DNA of 64,000 nt from a virus: positions 21,161-85,160 of IMG/VR virus record IMGVR_UViG_3300038428_000280, one strand, 5' to 3'. The notes beneath the pieces were generated by a model. It had not been told where the DNA came from, ran no database searches, and saw nothing but the letters and a program-made list of their open reading frames with translations. Numbering within the stretch: the stretch's first letter is position 1; every line of letters starts with the position of its first letter. Below are positions 1 through 8,464 of the stretch, one piece after another. Position numbers and translations under genes: made by a program.

Positions 1-28
1 CCGAAGAATACCGTCTAAGAAAATACGC

Positions 29-56
29 TTGACATTTTCTTTTTCTGTGATATGGT
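29..56 (+). promoter_or_regulatory. sigma70-like promoter upstream of ORF 125
   Basis: TTGACA (29-34), 16 nt spacer, TG-a-TATGGT (51-56); SD-like AAAGGA just before ATG 125. Confidence 0.55.
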
Positions 57-124
57 TATGATTGTTCGGGCAATTCCGCCTGAATATAAAAGTCCTCAAT
101 TAGAGGCAATGTAAAAAGGAAAAT

Positions 125-1021
125 ATGAGAAAAAATGACTACGAGCTGTCAGTCAAAGTTGACGGCAGCAAACTTCCGGAATATGGTTCCCACGGCAAAA
201 CTTACGTTCGTGGAGAAATAGGCAGGGAATTCACCCTCCAATTCAGAAATAACACAGCCGACCGCGTTCTTGCACGCTTTAGCGTTGACGGATTGAGTGT
301 CCTTGACGGTAAAAGTGCAGACCGAGATTCTAGTGGATATATTTGTGATGCTTATGCATCCATTGAAATTGCTGGTTGGCGAACATCACTTGATGAAGTC
401 AGAAGGTTTGAATTTTCATCAAAGGGTAAGTCTTATGCTGGCAAAACCATCAGCAGTTCCAACTGCGGGGTAATTGGAGTTCAGGTTTTTTCGGAGAGAC
501 AACCCAAGATAAAAATTGTTGAGAAACACATTCATCATCACCACGACCATTACCCTGAACCTGCGCCTTGGCCTTGGGATCCGTGGAAGCCTTGGAAAAA
601 GCCGTATGACCCGTATCCTTGGAAACCAACTCCTATTTGGGGTAACGGTGATATTATTTGCCGGGATACTTTGAAGGATACCAGCGCAACATATTCTGCA
701 AATGCTTCTTCCATGCTACGGTCATCAAAGGGAAGAGACAATGGCAATGTCAGAAAAATGTCATTCGGTGGAGGTTGTTCTTGCTCATCACCTGATGAAG
801 TAACCGATTACAATCTTGGAACCAAGTTTGGTGATGCTAAATCCGACCATGTTAGAACTGTAAAGTTTGAAACAGGTTCATTGATTACCCAATTGGAAAT
901 CTACTACACCGACCGCGCAGGATTGGAAAATGCTGGAATAAATCTTGACAAAAGAACACCAGCGGTATCCGTTCATCCTCAAGCATTTAGTGGGTTTTGC
1001 CAACCGCCTGACGAAGATTAA
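125..1021 (+). CDS. hypothetical protein with His run and PW/PY-rich linker
   Basis: 298-aa ORF with promoter, SD and downstream terminator; HHHHDH and PWPWDPWKPWKKPYDPYPW low-complexity segment. Confidence 0.8.
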   Translation: MRKNDYELSVKVDGSKLPEYGSHGKTYVRGEIGREFTLQFRNNTADRVLARFSVDGLSVLDGKSADRDSSGYICDAYASIEIAGWRTSLDEVRRFEFSSKGKSYAGKTISSSNCGVIGVQVFSERQPKIKIVEKHIHHHHDHYPEPAPWPWDPWKPWKKPYDPYPWKPTPIWGNGDIICRDTLKDTSATYSANASSMLRSSKGRDNGNVRKMSFGGGCSCSSPDEVTDYNLGTKFGDAKSDHVRTVKFETGSLITQLEIYYTDRAGLENAGINLDKRTPAVSVHPQAFSGFCQPPDED

Positions 1022-1034
1022 GTTCTATTATTTC

Positions 1035-1071
1035 AAAAGGCCCGGTTCGAGTGATTGAACCGGGCTTTCTT
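1035..1071 (+). terminator. intrinsic terminator
   Basis: GCCCGGTTC-N7-GAACCGGGC hairpin followed by TTTCTT. Confidence 0.8.
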
Positions 1072-1072
1072 A

Positions 1073-1100
1073 TTGACTTTTATCTTCGATATGATATAAT
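1073..1100 (+). promoter_or_regulatory. sigma70-like promoter, near-leaderless
   Basis: TTGACT-16-TATAAT with extended TG; ATG 8 nt downstream. Confidence 0.75.
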
Positions 1101-1108
1101 ATACCCAA

Positions 1109-1699
1109 ATGAAACTCAACTGTAACAGTTTTTTTGACGGAGAATTTGAATATCTCAATCTAAATGAATTGTATCTAAAATATAGAAATCTTTTAACGGA
1201 TACAAAAATTCCTTCGCAAATTCAATTTTTATTAAATCAATTCCACAACAATACATTTGGTGGATATGCAGAAGATAGAAAGGATATTTGGAAAGGAACC
1301 TACTTGGATAAACATGGGAATTATATTCATTTGGGAGTTGATATCAATGTCAGAGCAGGAACCAACATTCGATGCCCTTTTGATGCCAAAGTAATTGATA
1401 TTTTTATTGATAGCGATACACAAATTGGTTGGGGCGGTAGAATAATTTTACAGCCAAGCGAATATTTACCATATTTGGTTTTAGCTCATATTGAACCGAC
1501 ATCTTTAGTCAATAAAAATTATTTTAAGAAAGGTGAAATTATTGGTCAAGTTGGGACTTGGCCAGCCAATGGCAACACTTTTCAACATCTACATGTTCAA
1601 CTTGTTAAAGATTTGGATATAAACAATTTTGACGGATATGGTTGTGTTGAAGATTTGTCAAACAATATTGACCCTTTCGAAATGGAGTTTAAAATATGA
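1109..1699 (+). CDS. M23 family metallopeptidase (putative peptidoglycan hydrolase)
   Basis: HLGVD (HxxxD) and HLH zinc-binding motifs. Confidence 0.75.
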   Translation: MKLNCNSFFDGEFEYLNLNELYLKYRNLLTDTKIPSQIQFLLNQFHNNTFGGYAEDRKDIWKGTYLDKHGNYIHLGVDINVRAGTNIRCPFDAKVIDIFIDSDTQIGWGGRIILQPSEYLPYLVLAHIEPTSLVNKNYFKKGEIIGQVGTWPANGNTFQHLHVQLVKDLDINNFDGYGCVEDLSNNIDPFEMEFKI

Positions 1700-2715
1700 C
1701 AAAATTAGCCACCCTAGAAAGAATTCATAGCATTCAACCCCACCCAAACAAGGAAGTGGAAAAACTTGAAATTGGCAAAGTAAAGGAATGGCCTGTCGTC
1801 ATTCCAAAAGGCCAATTCAAGGATGGCGATCTTGTTGTTTTTATTCAAATTGATTCCATTTGCCCCAAAGAAAATCCCTACTTTGCCTTTCTTGAAAGAC
1901 AAAAGTATAGAATTTGGAATGCTAAGTTTAAAGGAGCGCCTTCACAAGGTCTTGTGTGTCCTCTTTCTATTCTACCTAGAGGGGATTCATCCCTGAGAAT
2001 AGAGGAAGGAGCAGATGTTACCGAACATCTTGGCATCACTAAATATGAAAAACCTCTTGATTTAAGTATTTGCGGCGATGCTAAAGGTGGATTTCCGACA
2101 CACTTGATTCCTATTACCGATGAAGACAATTTACTCAATAATCCTGAAACTCTTAATGAATTCATGGGAGAAGAATGTTATCTTACCGTAAAGGTTGACG
2201 GTTCTTCCATGACCATTATCCATGATAACGGTGAAGTTAGGGTTTGCAGTCGCAGATTGGAGCAAAAAGAAGGAACAGGATTTTGGAAGATTGCTGAACA
2301 ATACGATTTGCCAAACAAACTTAAGGCTCAGATGGCGTTGAATATTGCCATTCAATCGGAAGCTTGTGGTGGAAAAATTCAGGGAAACCCATTGGGACTT
2401 TCCGAACCCTGTATGTTTGTCTTTAATGTCAAAGATATAACTACAGGCAAGTGGTATGGTTGGGAAGAAATTAAATCCATTTGTTCATTGTTCAATATAC
2501 CATCTGTGAGATTGGTTTGTGAACCTTTCATCTTTGATGAAACTTGGACCATTGCAAAACTTCAAGAAGAAGCAAATAAGGTGGTCTATGTGACTGCAAA
2601 AGGTGAAACAAAGAAAGGCGAAGGAGTGGTTCTTCGACCTACTAAACCAAAATATTCAGCTATTCTTGGTAAACCACTGTCGGTTAAAATCTTAAATCAG
2701 GAGTATAAACAATGA
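1696..2715 (+). CDS. ATP-dependent RNA ligase, DRB0094/Rnl5 family
   Basis: N-terminal OB-like module (IQPHPN..LE, SQGL), motif I KVDGSS, EGVV, C-terminal K. Confidence 0.85.
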   Translation: MTKLATLERIHSIQPHPNKEVEKLEIGKVKEWPVVIPKGQFKDGDLVVFIQIDSICPKENPYFAFLERQKYRIWNAKFKGAPSQGLVCPLSILPRGDSSLRIEEGADVTEHLGITKYEKPLDLSICGDAKGGFPTHLIPITDEDNLLNNPETLNEFMGEECYLTVKVDGSSMTIIHDNGEVRVCSRRLEQKEGTGFWKIAEQYDLPNKLKAQMALNIAIQSEACGGKIQGNPLGLSEPCMFVFNVKDITTGKWYGWEEIKSICSLFNIPSVRLVCEPFIFDETWTIAKLQEEANKVVYVTAKGETKKGEGVVLRPTKPKYSAILGKPLSVKILNQEYKQ

Positions 2716-3245
2716 TTTCTCCATTCTTTTTTCATAGCATGATTGATGAAGATTATGCTTGGGAACTTCAATTCTTTCAAAAATATAGGGATTTGAAGGA
2801 TGGTCTCGACATATTCAACATTGAAATGAATTGGGATAAATATATGGCTGACCATAATCCAAAATTCATTTTCAGTCTGAAATTGATTAACATCATTATT
2901 TTCGAGTTCATCATTTACAATATATGGCATACCGATAACTCCCGTTCACCTTACTTTGGAATGGATGATGTTGATGCACCCAATTACGAAAAAGACAATC
3001 ATCCATCAACATCGGATGTTACCGTGATATTTCATTCGAGAAGAAATTTTTATCATGGGCAACCTATTTATTGGTATGAATTCAGGACTAAAATAGATGG
3101 TTTTGACTTCACGGATTTAATACCCCAACACTTTCTTAACGTTCCATTTACAGTATTCTATGAATACGGTGGAACACACGAAGAAGCGTTAAAAGAATTG
3201 ACAAGCGAAGGTTTTACGAATATAATAGAAGGCAATGAGCTATAA
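2712..3245 (+). CDS. hypothetical protein
   Basis: 177-aa ORF coupled (ATGA overlap) to the ligase. Confidence 0.65.
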   Translation: MISPFFFHSMIDEDYAWELQFFQKYRDLKDGLDIFNIEMNWDKYMADHNPKFIFSLKLINIIIFEFIIYNIWHTDNSRSPYFGMDDVDAPNYEKDNHPSTSDVTVIFHSRRNFYHGQPIYWYEFRTKIDGFDFTDLIPQHFLNVPFTVFYEYGGTHEEALKELTSEGFTNIIEGNEL

Positions 3246-3585
3246 TTTATTTCTTGATGACAACCGCGACCCAAACAAGTTTCTTAACGATACAAAAACT
3301 TGGGTGATTGCACGTAATTATAATCAATTTGTAGATATAATTACGAAACAGGGTTTACCTGATTTGATTTCATTTGACCATGATTTGTGTGATGTTGACC
3401 AAGGAAAGGTGGAGGATTTCAAGGAAAAAACAGGGTATGATTGTGCCAAGTGGTTGATTGAATATTGCATGAAAACAAATCAATCGTTACCCAAATGGCA
3501 AATTCATACATTTAATCCAGCAGGCATGATAAATATTTACGATATTTTATCTACATATAACAATAAGGAAGAGGTTTGTGAATGA
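3235..3585 (+). CDS. cyclic-phosphate-processing receiver-domain protein
   Basis: LFLDDxR, ISFDHDL, TGYDCAKWL, HxxNPAG motifs typical of this family. Confidence 0.75.
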   Translation: MSYNLFLDDNRDPNKFLNDTKTWVIARNYNQFVDIITKQGLPDLISFDHDLCDVDQGKVEDFKEKTGYDCAKWLIEYCMKTNQSLPKWQIHTFNPAGMINIYDILSTYNNKEEVCE

Positions 3586-4060
3586 TATGGACGATTTAAT
3601 AAAAAATATTGGTGATAAAAAGAAAGCTTTGATTATTCTTGTGGGTCCTCCTGCAAGTGGTAAATCAACTTGGGGTAAGAAATTTGCTTTGGATAATGGT
3701 GTGGTCTATGTTTCAACCGATGAAATCAGAAAAGAAATTGGCTCGGGAGAAGGCGACCAAACCGTGTCTGCTGTGGCTTTCGGTATTGCTCGTCGCAGAG
3801 TTTCAGCCGCTTTGAGTGCAGGTAAAAATGTAATGATTGATGCCACCAACGTCAACAGAAAATCTCGTAAGGATTGGGTTAATTTGGGAAAAGGTCATTC
3901 ATCGTATATTATTGCTGTCGCTTTTGAGGTTCCAAAAGCCGAACTTTTGAAAAGAGATGCGAAGCGTGAACGTCAAGTTGGACCGGAAGTTATTGACAGA
4001 TTTATAAACAAATATGCCCGTCCAGCAGCAGACGAAGTGAACAAGGTTATCATTAAATAA
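3578..4060 (+). CDS. P-loop polynucleotide kinase-like protein (AAA_33)
   Basis: GPPASGKST Walker A, STDEIR, IDATN, RxxxRxRxV lid. Confidence 0.8.
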   Translation: MNDMDDLIKNIGDKKKALIILVGPPASGKSTWGKKFALDNGVVYVSTDEIRKEIGSGEGDQTVSAVAFGIARRRVSAALSAGKNVMIDATNVNRKSRKDWVNLGKGHSSYIIAVAFEVPKAELLKRDAKRERQVGPEVIDRFINKYARPAADEVNKVIIK

Positions 4061-4065
4061 AAATT

Positions 4066-4398
4066 ATGACAAGCAAGAAAATTATCACTGAAATTTCAAA
4101 ATTGGATGGATGGAAATGGCACAAAGGGAGTGAATTACGTTTTGGTCCACCAATTAAAGGTGAAAAAATTATAAAGCGAGGATGGCATCTAGGTAAAAGA
4201 GTAAGAGAAACTTTACCAGCCTATCTTACTGATAGAAATGCTGTTATAATGGTAATTAATAAACAAAATAAGATGGTTCAATTTGCAATTGACAATTTAA
4301 TTCACGATAAACTTTATCCAAATCAGCCGACAATTTGTGCAACCGCACACCAACTTTGTGAAGCTCTTTTAAGGGTATTGGATAAATGGAAAGAATAA
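4066..4398 (+). CDS. hypothetical protein (paralog of 4403-4846)
   Basis: Shares N-terminal TEIxxLDGxKW and C-terminal QLCEAxLRxxxKWKE with the next ORF. Confidence 0.7.
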   Translation: MTSKKIITEISKLDGWKWHKGSELRFGPPIKGEKIIKRGWHLGKRVRETLPAYLTDRNAVIMVINKQNKMVQFAIDNLIHDKLYPNQPTICATAHQLCEALLRVLDKWKE

Positions 4399-4402
4399 AA
4401 TT

Positions 4403-4846
4403 ATGAAAGAAATAGACATTCTTACTGAAATTGCAGCTTTAGATGGTGGAAAATGGCTTTATGCTCCAAAAGCCGAAACACCACACCGTTTTTGGTTGGA
4501 TGATGATGCTTACGTTTCTCATGCCCAAGATTTTATTGAATGGGATGGAGTAAAAGATATTCCCATCGGATGGGATTATTGCCATTTCAAAGATTACACA
4601 AAATCTTATGATGCAATTTTACCTGTAATTAAAAAGCTAAAGGATGAAAATCAATTTTCAAGCAATCCGGCCCATTATCCTACTTGGATGTTTTCTTCAC
4701 ATCTTCTTAAAATTTTAGGTCTTAAATTGTGGAACAATGGAGAACCGTTGAAGTCACCATGTAATCTTTGTCAAATAATTTTATCAGCAACTCCGCTTCA
4801 ACTTTGTGAAGCTGTTTTAAGAGCGGTGAATAAGTGGAAGGAATAA
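4403..4846 (+). CDS. hypothetical protein (paralog of 4066-4398)
   Basis: Same shared terminal motifs. Confidence 0.7.
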   Translation: MKEIDILTEIAALDGGKWLYAPKAETPHRFWLDDDAYVSHAQDFIEWDGVKDIPIGWDYCHFKDYTKSYDAILPVIKKLKDENQFSSNPAHYPTWMFSSHLLKILGLKLWNNGEPLKSPCNLCQIILSATPLQLCEAVLRAVNKWKE

Positions 4847-4850
4847 CTTC

Positions 4851-5147
4851 ATGCATTTGGGTCATCTATCTGTTGAAGCATTTTTGAGAAAAGGTGAATA
4901 TGACCAAGGTGATGTGGCCATAATTGATTACGATGATTTATATGATTATTTGCATTCAGTAAAATTAAAACCAAATAAATCTGTAGAAGCACCACCCTAT
5001 CAAGTCGCTTATGATTTTCCCCCATTGTTTAAATGTTTTTTTGGTCATAAATTTGAATGGAAAGTAACACCAATGGGTCAGTGGAGACAAGAAATTTGTA
5101 AAAAATGTGGTATAACAAGACACACCGAAAAACTAACAAAAATATGA
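4851..5147 (+). CDS. hypothetical protein with C-terminal Zn-ribbon-like motif
   Basis: CFFGHKF...CKKCG. Confidence 0.55.
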   Translation: MHLGHLSVEAFLRKGEYDQGDVAIIDYDDLYDYLHSVKLKPNKSVEAPPYQVAYDFPPLFKCFFGHKFEWKVTPMGQWRQEICKKCGITRHTEKLTKI

Positions 5148-5653
5148 AAGATGAAATAATTGACATAGAAGCAGTAACCGTACCGGATAAAGAACCAACC
5201 GACAAAACATTAAAATTGATTGATGAACTAAACAATCAACTTACCACCGAGAAAGGTGAATGGATTTATGTTAAAAACGTAGGGATTTGTTGGCATCCTT
5301 CTTTAGTTGAAAAACAGATGGGACATACTCCACAAATAGAAATGCCCTCCCCATCAACACCCCCTCTTCTATTAGAGGATATAGTCAAATGGGGTAACAC
5401 AATAGATTTTGATAATATTCCACAAAATGCAGTGGTATTGGTTAAATTGGATATCAGTGACCCGTTTCGTGTTCAAATGATGCAACGGGTTATTGCCAAG
5501 CAGGTTCTTGAACCGAGAATCGAAAAGTTGAAAGAACGACGCGTTTGTATTTTGTTTATGCAGGCGGGCGACGACATTTCAGTAATGCCCGAAGAAGATA
5601 TGAAAAAAGCCGGTTGGGAAAAGAAGGAAAAGAGTATCATTATTACACCTTAA
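5144..5653 (+). CDS. hypothetical protein
   Basis: ORF; ATG 5144 overlaps the upstream TGA. Confidence 0.65.
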   Translation: MKDEIIDIEAVTVPDKEPTDKTLKLIDELNNQLTTEKGEWIYVKNVGICWHPSLVEKQMGHTPQIEMPSPSTPPLLLEDIVKWGNTIDFDNIPQNAVVLVKLDISDPFRVQMMQRVIAKQVLEPRIEKLKERRVCILFMQAGDDISVMPEEDMKKAGWEKKEKSIIITP

Positions 5654-5655
5654 TT

Positions 5656-5853
5656 ATGGATGATTGTAATAAATATTTTATTTCTTGGAATGAGTTTTTG
5701 AAGGATGCTAAAGTTTGTAATGACCTTCAATTAACCCAAGAAGAGATAAATGAATTAATGGAATTCCATGAAAAATCAATTCAACAACGTGATAGAGATT
5801 GGTCATTGATATCGAATTGGGTTGTTGGAGCAGAGCCTATTGGTGAGGCTTGA
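5656..5853 (+). CDS. small hypothetical protein
   Basis: ATG 2 nt after the upstream stop; 65 aa. Confidence 0.5.
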   Translation: MDDCNKYFISWNEFLKDAKVCNDLQLTQEEINELMEFHEKSIQQRDRDWSLISNWVVGAEPIGEA

Positions 5854-5877
5854 CTTTTATAATTAGTGGAGTATCAT
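5850..5877 (+). promoter_or_regulatory. sigma70-like promoter, near-leaderless
   Basis: TTGACT-16-TATCAT; ATG 5884 is 6 nt downstream. Confidence 0.6.
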
Positions 5878-5883
5878 CATAAA

Positions 5884-6090
5884 ATGAATGATGACGAGCC
5901 TAAATATCGCTGTGCTTGGTGTATAAGAGACACCCATACCAATCCATGCGAATTTTGTGGAAGCGATACTGTTCATGTCAAAGGAACGGTACACAATTGC
6001 CATTGGTCCATGTACACAATTAGCACGGTCAAATGTAAATTGTGTGACAAAATCATCAGTTACGAAGATTATCTGAACGGGAAATTTTAA
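5884..6090 (+). CDS. small Cys-rich zinc-finger protein
   Basis: CAWC, CEFC, CKLC pairs. Confidence 0.6.
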   Translation: MNDDEPKYRCAWCIRDTHTNPCEFCGSDTVHVKGTVHNCHWSMYTISTVKCKLCDKIISYEDYLNGKF

Positions 6091-6092
6091 AT

Positions 6093-6470
6093 ATGAAAAC
6101 AACATTGGAGAAATGGGCAGATAAAATAAGGAAATTACGGAAAAATCAACCCAAAGTGACTCTGAAAGAAGCTCAGGCACAAGCAGACCGGGTTATGAAA
6201 GTTGTTAGAGAAGCCAAAGGTATTAAACGGCTGGAACCAAGGGTTTATCATAAGACACCTTATGTTTTGGATGAAGACATAAAGAAACTGCATGGGGCCG
6301 CTTGGTTTAAAAAATTCGTCAAAGCTGCCGGCCCCGGCAATACAATGATGATTATTCCAGCCAATGACCCGTCGCATAAAAAATCAAGGCAACAAATAGG
6401 TATGTATATGTGGGATTATGAAAGATTTGCTGATGTGGTTGATTTTAACAGACCCACATATTTCGATTAA
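6093..6470 (+). CDS. hypothetical protein
   Basis: 125-aa basic ORF in operon context. Confidence 0.65.
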   Translation: MKTTLEKWADKIRKLRKNQPKVTLKEAQAQADRVMKVVREAKGIKRLEPRVYHKTPYVLDEDIKKLHGAAWFKKFVKAAGPGNTMMIIPANDPSHKKSRQQIGMYMWDYERFADVVDFNRPTYFD

Positions 6471-6521
6471 AAAATAACAACAAGTAGTAAAACGCATATG
6501 AGATAGAAGAACAATAACGAT

Positions 6522-7181
6522 ATGAACATTATCAACAGAACGCAAGTCTTGAAGCTAAACAGCGCTTGGCAAGCTGTAGGTCAATCAACCGTGGGTAAAG
6601 CCTTGGTTGACTTGGCCGCAGGCAAGTGCGCTTTGGCTCTTGACATTGAATACGAAAAGGATGAAAAAGGTGAATACATCCTTGACGAAAATGGTTGGCC
6701 ATCCGGTCAATCATGGCCTCGTCCGGTAACTTGGGAAGAGTGGATTACGTTACCTGTTCGCCCGTTTGATGATGTCATTCATTATGGTAATGGCCTCAAA
6801 ACCATGAGAGCGCCTACGGTCATTATTGCTAAAAACTTTAGCAGAATGCCTCTTAAAAAATTCAAAGGCAAACCTTCCAAGGATGCTATTTGGATTCGTG
6901 ATAACGGTACCGACCAATACACGGGCAGAAAATTGAAGCGTCATGAAGCTACGGTTGACCACATTCTCCCTCAATCGAGGGGTGGTCAAAATACTTGGGA
7001 AAACCTTGCCCTCACAGCCAAGGAAATTAATGCCAAGAAAGGTAACAAGCTTAACAGTGAAGTGGGTTTGAAATTGATTCGCGAGCCAAAGGCTCCAAGA
7101 CCAATTCCATTGTCTCACTTGATTAGAGAAATCAAGCATCCTGATTGGAGACCACACCTTCCGCATTTGGTTGAAGATTAG
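6522..7181 (+). CDS. HNH endonuclease (McrA-like, long N-terminal domain)
   Basis: VLxLNxxWQ start, IRDNGTDQYTG, TVDHILPQSRGG..TWEN...NAKKGN. Confidence 0.85.
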   Translation: MNIINRTQVLKLNSAWQAVGQSTVGKALVDLAAGKCALALDIEYEKDEKGEYILDENGWPSGQSWPRPVTWEEWITLPVRPFDDVIHYGNGLKTMRAPTVIIAKNFSRMPLKKFKGKPSKDAIWIRDNGTDQYTGRKLKRHEATVDHILPQSRGGQNTWENLALTAKEINAKKGNKLNSEVGLKLIREPKAPRPIPLSHLIREIKHPDWRPHLPHLVED

Positions 7182-7662
7182 GAAAATTACTCTTTGGGGA
7201 ATTAAAGTTAAAAAAGGACCCTCTGTTAACTATAATAGAGGGTTCTTTTTTTAAATATTTGATTGCAGATTCAAGAATTGATATATTATCTTTGAATAAG
7301 CCTATCCCAACATTACAACTATGACATAATAATCCTCTTATTACATTAGTTTTATGGCAATGGTCAACGTATAATTGAGGCGAAATGGAATGTTTACTTT
7401 CTTTATTACCACATATAGCACAACATCCGTTTTGATTATTTAATAGGATGATATAATCTTCCATTGAAAGGTTGTGAACTTTTTTAAGACGACCTCTTCT
7501 TTTATGAATCTTTACTTTATCTTTATTATTGGCCTTCCATAATTTAGACCTTAGTTTAGCACAAGATTTACAATATGGCCCTTTACCCATTTTGCCTGCA
7601 CTTGGATTATTGTAAAATTCTTCCAAATTCTTTTTTATCTTACATTGTGCACACCTTTTCAT
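7132..7662 (-). CDS. endonuclease VII-like (His-Me) putative homing endonuclease
   Basis: N-terminal CxxC..CxxC, then CAIC, VDHCH, IRGLLCxxCNxGIG. Confidence 0.85.
   Translation of the reverse strand: MKRCAQCKIKKNLEEFYNNPSAGKMGKGPYCKSCAKLRSKLWKANNKDKVKIHKRRGRLKKVHNLSMEDYIILLNNQNGCCAICGNKESKHSISPQLYVDHCHKTNVIRGLLCHSCNVGIGLFKDNISILESAIKYLKKEPSIIVNRGSFFNFNSPKSNFPNLQPNAEGVVSNQDA
7210..7252. terminator. bidirectional intrinsic terminator between convergent nucleases
   Basis: A6-GGACCCTCT...AGAGGGTTC-T7. Confidence 0.7.
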
Positions 7663-7682
7663 TAATAGTAGTTATCGAAAGC

Positions 7683-7725
7683 AAAAAACAGGTCATCTTG
7701 CATTACACAAAAAGACCTGTTTTTT
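7683..7725 (-). terminator. intrinsic terminator after the vWA gene
   Basis: AAAAAACAGGTC...GACCTGTTTTTT inverted repeat. Confidence 0.7.
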
Positions 7726-7739
7726 ATTAATTATCAAAA

Positions 7740-8429
7740 TTAAACAACTTTTGATGGAATTTTCTTTTTTGTTTTAGAAGCCGCTGTATCGGTGGTGTCC
7801 ATAAACTTGAAACTTGCACCTTTCAAACTGCGATATGCGGTAGCGCTACGAGACAATGTATCGAAAGCAAGAGCTGTTCCCGCTGAATCGGCTACATAAT
7901 CCAATGTGGTTCCTGCTTGATAGCCCATTGAACTGCCGACTGCCCAAGAATCTTGGTTGGCTCCAATATAAGCAAAATCCCAACTATAAACCTTGGTTTG
8001 ATGCTCAACCATTCCTTTTACCATTATGGAATCCATACGAACCGCATCCCTGTTGTGCAGGTGGTCGTTGTCTTCGCCGTCGGTGATGGTCACAACCAAA
8101 ACTTTTTCAGGTCGTTCCTCTTCCGGCATGGCTGACAAGCGAGCACCCATGTCATTGATGGTCTTGCCAAGAGAATCGTAAAGCGCTGTGCCGCCTCTTG
8201 GAATATAATTGTTTTTGTCCAATAGAGGAACCTGATACAAGTCAACGTCCTCAAACATTGTCTCATATTGCGTGTCAAATTTATAAGCAAAAACACGGCA
8301 TTGACCGAGCTTTGCGTCCTGTTGTGATTTGATGAATGTATTAAATCCACCAATCATGTCGCTGCAGATTGATTGCATTGAACCTGAACGGTCAATGACA
8401 AATATAATATATGTGAGTCCACTTTTCAT
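7740..8429 (-). CDS. vWA-domain protein
   Basis: MIDAS DRSGSM, GGTALYD, ITDGEDN. Confidence 0.85.
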   Translation of the reverse strand: MKSGLTYIIFVIDRSGSMQSICSDMIGGFNTFIKSQQDAKLGQCRVFAYKFDTQYETMFEDVDLYQVPLLDKNNYIPRGGTALYDSLGKTINDMGARLSAMPEEERPEKVLVVTITDGEDNDHLHNRDAVRMDSIMVKGMVEHQTKVYSWDFAYIGANQDSWAVGSSMGYQAGTTLDYVADSAGTALAFDTLSRSATAYRSLKGASFKFMDTTDTAASKTKKKIPSKVV

Positions 8430-8436
8430 AGATTAC

Positions 8437-8464
8437 ATTATATGACAGGATTGTAAGAAGTCAA
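8437..8464 (-). promoter_or_regulatory. sigma70-like promoter, near-leaderless
   Basis: TTGACT-16-TATAAT on the minus strand; ATG 7 nt downstream. Confidence 0.75.
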
